Assembly (NCBI GenBank): GCA_004524535.1
Contig: SDNY01000056.1
Location: forward strand, 1 to 22,500
Source of the DNA: Promethearchaeota archaeon
GTDB lineage: Archaea; Asgardarchaeota; Lokiarchaeia; Sigyniarchaeales; SOKP01
Direction of reading: 5' to 3'
Length of the DNA: 22,500 nucleotides
Numbering within the stretch: the stretch's first letter is position 1; every line of letters starts with the position of its first letter. Positions 16,772-22,500 of the stretch are shown here, piece by piece. The notes beneath the pieces were generated by a model, which searched no databases, was not told the DNA's origin, and was given only the letters and a program-made list of their open reading frames with translations. The translations under genes were made by a program, and so were the position numbers.

Positions 16772-17737
16772 ATGGATTTTTTTACTCCTTACTATGATGT
16801 AACTCAACTGGTAGAACAATACCAAGGCAGCAAACTCGAGGAGATATTTCAAAATCAACAAGTAATTAAGAACAAAATGGGGCAGTTCTTAGAATTCATT
16901 TGGGAAGAAGAAAAAATCCCCTTTGAATTAAACTTAACCTCAACAAAAGATAACATTCTTCGAAATCTCAAAACAGTATTCTATGTTGGAGAATTTACAG
17001 AAAAAAAATTAATAAGACGTGGCATCAGTTCACTATATGATCTGAGGCTCAACTTAAAATACCATAAATCAGCAAATAGATTGATAAGATCGATAAAAAA
17101 TAAAGATTACATAGCATTATGCGAGAATAAATATATTAACGATATTGATACAGCTTTTTGTTTCAAGGTAGAGGATCTTCTTTTCCTAGATATAGAGACT
17201 CTAGGCCTATATGATAGTCCAATAATTATTTTAGGTATCGGTTTTTATGTTAAAAATAAATTTAATATCCGATTATTGTTTGCCCGTGAATTGGAAGAAG
17301 AAATAGCAATTTTGGAACATCTTCGAAAAGAAATTTTACCTAACTTTAAATGTTTTATTTCGTACAATGGAAAAACATTTGATATCCCCTATATTGCAAA
17401 TCGATTCTTATACTATTTTGATGAAAACCCAATGATTTCGGAAAATGAAATACCTTATGAGAACGTTAATACAAAATATCACCACATTGATTTATATCAT
17501 AATTGTCGTCGTAAATTTAAGGAAATGTTTTTTAATTATACGCTCACTAATATGGAAAAAGAATTATTAAATTTAGAGAGGAAAAATCATTTACCAAGTA
17601 ATATGGTAGGAACATGTTATAGAAAATATTTGAAAGATCCTGAAAGATATATTGGATTAATTAAAGAATGTATTGATCATAATTATTATGATATCTACTC
17701 ATTACCCTTAATTTTAAGAAAAATATTACAGGATTAA
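16772..17737 (+). CDS. YprB/MrfB-like RNase H-like (DEDD) exonuclease
   Basis: Exo I LFLDIETLGL, Exo II SYNGKTFDIPYI, HIDLY, YTLTNME, Exo III HNYYD. N-terminal HhH-like YVGEFTEKKLIRRGI. Confidence 0.88.
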   Translation: MDFFTPYYDVTQLVEQYQGSKLEEIFQNQQVIKNKMGQFLEFIWEEEKIPFELNLTSTKDNILRNLKTVFYVGEFTEKKLIRRGISSLYDLRLNLKYHKSANRLIRSIKNKDYIALCENKYINDIDTAFCFKVEDLLFLDIETLGLYDSPIIILGIGFYVKNKFNIRLLFARELEEEIAILEHLRKEILPNFKCFISYNGKTFDIPYIANRFLYYFDENPMISENEIPYENVNTKYHHIDLYHNCRRKFKEMFFNYTLTNMEKELLNLERKNHLPSNMVGTCYRKYLKDPERYIGLIKECIDHNYYDIYSLPLILRKILQD

Positions 17738-17813
17738 TCTATGATAATAAAACCAATAAAAAATCTGACTTTTTTTTTCTAATTTTTTATAATATCAAAC
17801 AAACATTTAATTC

Positions 17814-17847
17814 CTTAATTAATTAAGATATCTTAATAGTTTATATG
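17814..17847 (+). promoter_or_regulatory. Overlapping perfect palindromes directly upstream of a putative TATA box for glpD
   Basis: CTTAATTAATTAAG (17814-17827) and ATTAAGATATCTTAAT (17822-17837), then TTTATATG (17840-17847), 33 nt before the ATG. Confidence 0.45.
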
Positions 17848-17880
17848 AATTTGAAAAAATTAAAAGACACTATTAAATAG

Positions 17881-19563
17881 ATGATTGATTTAGAAAAAAA
17901 ATTATTTGACCAGAATTGGAATTACAAGAAGAGAGACAATATTATTAGGAGATTAAAAGAAACCCATTATGATATTATAATAATAGGCGCAGGTATTACA
18001 GGTGCAGGTGTGGCACGCGAGGCAGCAATGAGAGGATTAAAATTGGCTGTAGTGGATATGCAAGATTTTGCTGCAGGAACATCTTCGAGAAGCTCGAAAT
18101 TAGCTCATGGAGGTATTCGGTATCTAAGCCATGGAGAAATGGATTTAGTACATGAAAGCACAACTGAAAGGAATTGGTTGTTGGCACATGCACCTACAGT
18201 CCGCCCTGTCCCATTTCTTTTTGTACATTTGAAAGATGGTAAATATAATAAACGAACTATAATGAGCGCCGTTAAAATATATGATTTCTTAGGAAATAAG
18301 GACACCGAATTTAAAATTTTTAAAGAGTATAAATGGTATAAACCTGAAGAAGTGTTTGAATTAGAACCTGAATATATAAGGGAAGGTAATATGGGTGGCG
18401 CTGTTTATTATGACAATAATGTTGATGACGCCAGATTAACAATAGAAACCTTAAAAGAAGCGGTAATTCGAGGCGCCGATGTAATTAATTATTGCAAAGT
18501 TAACGGATATGTTAAAGATAACGGAAAAATTATTGGAATAAAATGTAGAGACTTGGAAAACGATAATGATTTTGAAATAATGGGGACATTAGTTATAAAT
18601 GCTACAGGCATATGGACGGATAATTTATTAGAAAGTTATCCAGAAGAGATTCCAAAGCCTCTTATTCGTCCCACTAAGGGAGTTCATTTACAATATAGAA
18701 GGGAACATGTTAAAAACAGGATGGCCACGATTATCCGCTCAATTACAGATGATAGAGCTTTTTTTGTATTACCTCGTAATAAAGATTTTACGATTATTGG
18801 AACTACTGATACCGATTATAAAGAAGACTTGGCAACTCCTTTTTGTAATAAAGATGATGCTGATTACTTAATTAAATCAACAAAGCATTATTTTCCGTCT
18901 GCTGAGTTAGATTATGATAATATTGTTTCAACTTATGCTGGAGTTAGACCTTTAGTTATGCAAAAAGGCAAATCTGAAAGTGATATTTCCCGAAAACATA
19001 TTGTTTTTTTTTCTGATGATGGATTATTGACTATGACTGGTGGGAAATTAACTGCTTTCAGAAATATGGCAGAAGATTTATTCATTCACATTGAAGAAAA
19101 AAATATTTTCCCCGATATTAAAAGAAAAAAGAATTTTTCCAAGCAAAAATATATTATAAGTCTTGAAAAAGATGCTTGGATAAAAGAGCTAAAAAATTCA
19201 GGTGTAGATATTGATGAAGATATAGCAGATCACTTATATCAACAATATGGTAAGGGTGCAGTAAAAATTCTCGAACTTATTAAGGGTGATAATTCTTTAA
19301 AAGAACGGATTATTGAAGAAAATGATTTTATAAACGCAGAAATTATATATTGCTTACGCTATGAATTAACCCCTCATTTAATCGATGTTTTTTGCCGGCG
19401 AACGGAAATGTCCCTATGGATAAGTCATAAAAAAGCACCAGAAGCTGCTAAAAAAGTAGCTGAAATTATTGCAAAAGAATATTCTTGGTCAGAAGAGAAA
19501 AAGAATAAGGAAATTGAAACATACATCGAAGACGTTAAAAAAACAGTATCATTTATTAAATAA
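17881..19563 (+). CDS. glpD: FAD-dependent glycerol-3-phosphate dehydrogenase/oxidase (GlpD/GlpA family)
   Basis: IIGAGITGAGVA, DFAAGTSSRSSKLAHGGIRYL, DDARL, INATGIW, RPTKGVHL, IGTTDTDY, YAGVRPL, GGKLTAFRNMAE. Confidence 0.94.
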   Translation: MIDLEKKLFDQNWNYKKRDNIIRRLKETHYDIIIIGAGITGAGVAREAAMRGLKLAVVDMQDFAAGTSSRSSKLAHGGIRYLSHGEMDLVHESTTERNWLLAHAPTVRPVPFLFVHLKDGKYNKRTIMSAVKIYDFLGNKDTEFKIFKEYKWYKPEEVFELEPEYIREGNMGGAVYYDNNVDDARLTIETLKEAVIRGADVINYCKVNGYVKDNGKIIGIKCRDLENDNDFEIMGTLVINATGIWTDNLLESYPEEIPKPLIRPTKGVHLQYRREHVKNRMATIIRSITDDRAFFVLPRNKDFTIIGTTDTDYKEDLATPFCNKDDADYLIKSTKHYFPSAELDYDNIVSTYAGVRPLVMQKGKSESDISRKHIVFFSDDGLLTMTGGKLTAFRNMAEDLFIHIEEKNIFPDIKRKKNFSKQKYIISLEKDAWIKELKNSGVDIDEDIADHLYQQYGKGAVKILELIKGDNSLKERIIEENDFINAEIIYCLRYELTPHLIDVFCRRTEMSLWISHKKAPEAAKKVAEIIAKEYSWSEEKKNKEIETYIEDVKKTVSFIK

Positions 19564-19681
19564 TTCTTAAAATTTAATTTTTTGATAAAAATTGGACTAC
19601 CATAAAATTATATTAGAAAAAAAATACAATATTCGTATAATTTTAATTTAATAAAAAAATTAAAATCTGGTGAGAATTTAT

Positions 19682-20329
19682 ATGGTAGAATGGGTAGATG
19701 GCTTTTTTAAACCATTAGCGGAATATGCATGGCTTATGATGGTGTTACTTGGAATTATATGGTTAATTTATGCAGCCTACGAAGCGAATAGAAGAGAAAC
19801 ATGGCGTAAATTGACAAAAATAGATGATTGGGAATTCAATATCACTCCATTTTTAAAATTGTTGACGTATGTAGGATTTATTTTAGGTATATTGACTATT
19901 TTCAGTGGAGTTACGGGATTAATACTAAATATTGCACCTAGTACAAAATATGCTACTGAAACAGCTAATTCAGTTAATTATTTTACCTCAATCTTCTTGA
20001 TTATTTTTGGTTTGCTTACGTTCTTTAAACCTTTAAATGATCTTCCGATATCAAGTATAATTGGACTTGCAGCTGCATCATTAGTTACTGCCATAATAAT
20101 ATGGGTTATTATGGCGCTCGGAGTTTCAATCTCAACTACGATAGCGGTTGCTTTGATAGTTATATTTTTAATCATATTTGCTATAACTGCTATAACAGTA
20201 AAATTTTACACCGCCCTTTTTATGAGTATTTCCAAGATCATTTCTTGGCCTCCATTCGCATTTATAGCCGCTGTATTTTGTGTCATTCAAGGGTTATTAT
20301 TGGTACTCTTAGGAATCTCAATAGTTTAA
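19682..20329 (+). CDS. Hypothetical polytopic membrane protein (about 6 TM segments)
   Basis: Several long hydrophobic stretches. The ATG at 19682 is preferred to the GTG at 19670 because GGTGA (19669-19673) forms an RBS 8 nt upstream of it. T11 tract at 20336-20346 follows the stop. Confidence 0.8.
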   Translation: MVEWVDGFFKPLAEYAWLMMVLLGIIWLIYAAYEANRRETWRKLTKIDDWEFNITPFLKLLTYVGFILGILTIFSGVTGLILNIAPSTKYATETANSVNYFTSIFLIIFGLLTFFKPLNDLPISSIIGLAAASLVTAIIIWVIMALGVSISTTIAVALIVIFLIIFAITAITVKFYTALFMSISKIISWPPFAFIAAVFCVIQGLLLVLLGISIV

Positions 20330-20360
20330 TTAATCTTTTTTTTTTTAGTTTTAATTATAA

Positions 20361-21473
20361 TTAGAAAAAAGCAAATCTTTGTGAAGTACTTTTATTTGTT
20401 TTTCCAATTATATCGTTTTTTAAGTCGTATCCACAGTTAGGACATTTATTGTCTTCAGTTATGTCAATTTTAGTGAAGGTATATCCTGATCTTCCAAAAA
20501 TTAAATGATTACAGTTTGGACAATAAGTATTACTTCCTTCTTCGTGTCTTATATTTCCTATATAAGGAAAATATAAGCCAGCTTCTTTTGCGATTTTATA
20601 AGCCATATTTAGCGTCTCGTATGGAGTCCTTTTCTTGGAAGGAACCTTGAAATCTGGGTGATAAGCTGAAAAATGTGTAGGCGTATTCTTCCCTAAATTA
20701 TCAACAATCCAATTACATAATTTTTTAATATCTTCTTGGCTATCATTCCAATTGGGTATTATTAGATTAGTAATTTCTACATGTATTCCACTATTTTTAA
20801 AACGCTTAGCAGTGTCTAATACAGGTTGGACTGATTTTACACCACACATTTCTTTATAAAAAGCGTCGGACATAGCTTTAATATCTATGTTAGCGGCATC
20901 GATTCCTACTTCAATTAGTTCTTTTGAGGCTTCTGGTGTTGAAAATCCATTGGTAACTAAAATTATTTTAATATCTTCTCTTTTAAGAAGTATTGCCGTA
21001 TCTAAAATCCATTCATGCCATATTAAAGGTTCATTATAAGTGTAAGCAAGAGTTTTAGCTCCACTTTTAATAACTTTTTTAACAAGTTTTTCTGCACTCA
21101 TCTCGACTAACGACATTCCACGATCACTATAACCTTCTAAATCAAAGAAACCGTTTTTTCCATCATCTGTAGGATTCGCCTGACTTATTGACCAATTTTG
21201 GCAATTTTGGCATCGAAAAGAACAACCAATTGATGCAATTGAATAAGCTGTGGCACCAGGCCAAAAATTATAAAGTGGCTTTTTTTCAATAGGATCTAAG
21301 CTTCCCGATGATATTAGTGACCCATAGATTAATGTAAATAATTCACCATCAAAATTTTTACGCGTTCTACAAATTCCTACTTTTCCAGGCATTATAGTGC
21401 ATTCATTGGCACATACATGACATTTTACCTTGCCCTCGTCAAGCTTGTCCCATAATCTTGCCTTAAATTTCAA
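20361..21473 (-). CDS. amrS: AmmeMemoRadiSam system radical SAM enzyme
   Basis: CHVCANEC..GICRTR, DPIEKKPLYNFWPG, radical SAM motif CSFRCQNC followed by QNWSISQ, AYTYNEP, ANIDIK, HVEITNLIIP, C-terminal CPNC..CPNCG. Confidence 0.93.
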   Translation of the reverse strand: MKFKARLWDKLDEGKVKCHVCANECTIMPGKVGICRTRKNFDGELFTLIYGSLISSGSLDPIEKKPLYNFWPGATAYSIASIGCSFRCQNCQNWSISQANPTDDGKNGFFDLEGYSDRGMSLVEMSAEKLVKKVIKSGAKTLAYTYNEPLIWHEWILDTAILLKREDIKIILVTNGFSTPEASKELIEVGIDAANIDIKAMSDAFYKEMCGVKSVQPVLDTAKRFKNSGIHVEITNLIIPNWNDSQEDIKKLCNWIVDNLGKNTPTHFSAYHPDFKVPSKKRTPYETLNMAYKIAKEAGLYFPYIGNIRHEEGSNTYCPNCNHLIFGRSGYTFTKIDITEDNKCPNCGYDLKNDIIGKTNKSTSQRFAFF

Positions 21474-21647
21474 CTTTTAATTCCTTAGTTTTAATAATTG
21501 TAATTAAAAATATATCGCTAAATATATAATAGATAAGCATTTTTTTAATTTTTATAGATATATTATATAAATTGAAAAAAACGTAGCTAAAATTCTAGAA
21601 CAAATTCTTTAAAAATATAACTAAAATATTTAAATTGAGGTCTTTCT

Positions 21648-22500
21648 ATTCAAGGCAAAAGAAATATTGATCTAACTCGAGAAGAAATTGAAGAATTAAT
21701 CAAAGAAAAGTCTTTGATATTAAAACAATTAGAAGAAAATGGTAAAACTTCAAATTATATAGGAGAATTAAGCGATCTTGCGTTTCTTCAGTTAGAGATT
21801 GAAAAATTTGATGATTCTGAAAAAAACTTTTTAATTTGTTTAAAACATTTTAAAAAGCAAAAAGATCGACTAGGTCAAGCAGCTGTGTTTGGAATTTTTG
21901 GCACTTTATATTTTAAGAAAGATGAATATGAAAAATCAATTGATTTTTATCAAAAAGCATCGGATATCTATGATGAATTAAAACAAATCCCTGAATTAAT
22001 AACCTGTCTAAAAGGAATCGGAAATAATTATATCAAGCTAAATAAATTAGATGAGGCATGTGATATATTTTTAGAATGTAGTTCGGTTTGTTCTGATAAT
22101 AATGATGTCTATAATTTATTGGACTGTTTGGGAAATTTAGTTTATATTTACGAAAAACAAGAGAAATGGGAGATTCTTTATGAATTGTATAAAAAAAGCT
22201 TAAAGGCTTTTAAGGAGATAGGAGATAACAAGGGAATTATAGTTTCGTATTTTAATTTAGGAATTTTACAGAAAAAAAGTAATAAATTAGATGATGCTCT
22301 TAGATATTTCAAAAAAGGTACAAATTTTGCAATTGAAGCAAATTACGCAGAGTTTATTATAAAAGGATTAGGCTATGTGGGTGAAAACTTGTTTTATCAA
22401 GGTCGAATCAAAGAGGCAAAAGAACAATATATAAAAGCTCTTTATTTAGCAGATTCTATAGAGTTAAAAAATGCGATTTTGCAAATCAATGTATTACTAA
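21648..22500 (+). CDS. Tetratricopeptide-repeat protein, 3'-truncated by the window end (absent from the ORF track)
   Basis: Hand translation is open from 21639 to the end: IQGKRNIDLTREEIEELIKEKSL...AAVFGIFGTLYFKKDEYEKSIDFYQKA...CLKGIGNNYIKLNKLDEA...SYFNLGILQKKSNKLDDALRYFKKG, giving repeated ~40-aa TPR-like units. Start uncertain: ATT 21648 or TTG 21714. Confidence 0.88.
   Translation, partial: MQGKRNIDLTREEIEELIKEKSLILKQLEENGKTSNYIGELSDLAFLQLEIEKFDDSEKNFLICLKHFKKQKDRLGQAAVFGIFGTLYFKKDEYEKSIDFYQKASDIYDELKQIPELITCLKGIGNNYIKLNKLDEACDIFLECSSVCSDNNDVYNLLDCLGNLVYIYEKQEKWEILYELYKKSLKAFKEIGDNKGIIVSYFNLGILQKKSNKLDDALRYFKKGTNFAIEANYAEFIIKGLGYVGENLFYQGRIKEAKEQYIKALYLADSIELKNAILQINVLL

Noticed and set aside
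8224-20364. Other short overlapping ORFs (8224, 9608, 10208, 10952, 11231, 12117, 13209, 15416, 15668, 17996, 18105, 19978, 20101)
   Set aside because: Nested in or antisense to longer genes with clear family motifs; no independent support.
20361-21473. amrS without AmmeMemoRadiSam proteins A and B nearby
   Set aside because: These genes are often dispersed in archaea, so this is not unusual.

Overview
AT-rich archaeal-type window. Gene content and style (tungsten AOR, several thiolase/DUF35 pairs, Cys-rich Fe-S protein, EKERL-repeat protein, TPR protein, oligo-T terminators, GGAGGTGA-type RBS only on internal operon genes) suggest an Asgard archaeon of the Lokiarchaeia type; this is an inference. 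The window holds 19 CDS, two of them truncated by the edges. No RNA genes, CRISPR arrays or mobile elements were seen. The core (1427-14269) is a catabolic cluster: Fe-S protein, Fe-ADH and AOR on the minus strand; a BKACE beta-keto acid cleavage enzyme; a DUF35/Ltp4-like/Ltp3-like/DUF35 operon; a convergent thiolase-fold/DUF35 pair; and a divergent acyl-CoA dehydrogenase. All three thiolase-fold proteins lack the nucleophilic Cys, which points to retro-aldol or other non-thiolytic C-C cleavage. The operon resembles the actinobacterial Rv3521-ltp4-ltp3 sterol side-chain module. Downstream lie a 742-aa protein with very long ER/K single-alpha-helix-like repeats, a YprB-like exonuclease, glpD, a membrane protein, amrS, and a TPR gene that the ORF track missed and that may start at ATT.
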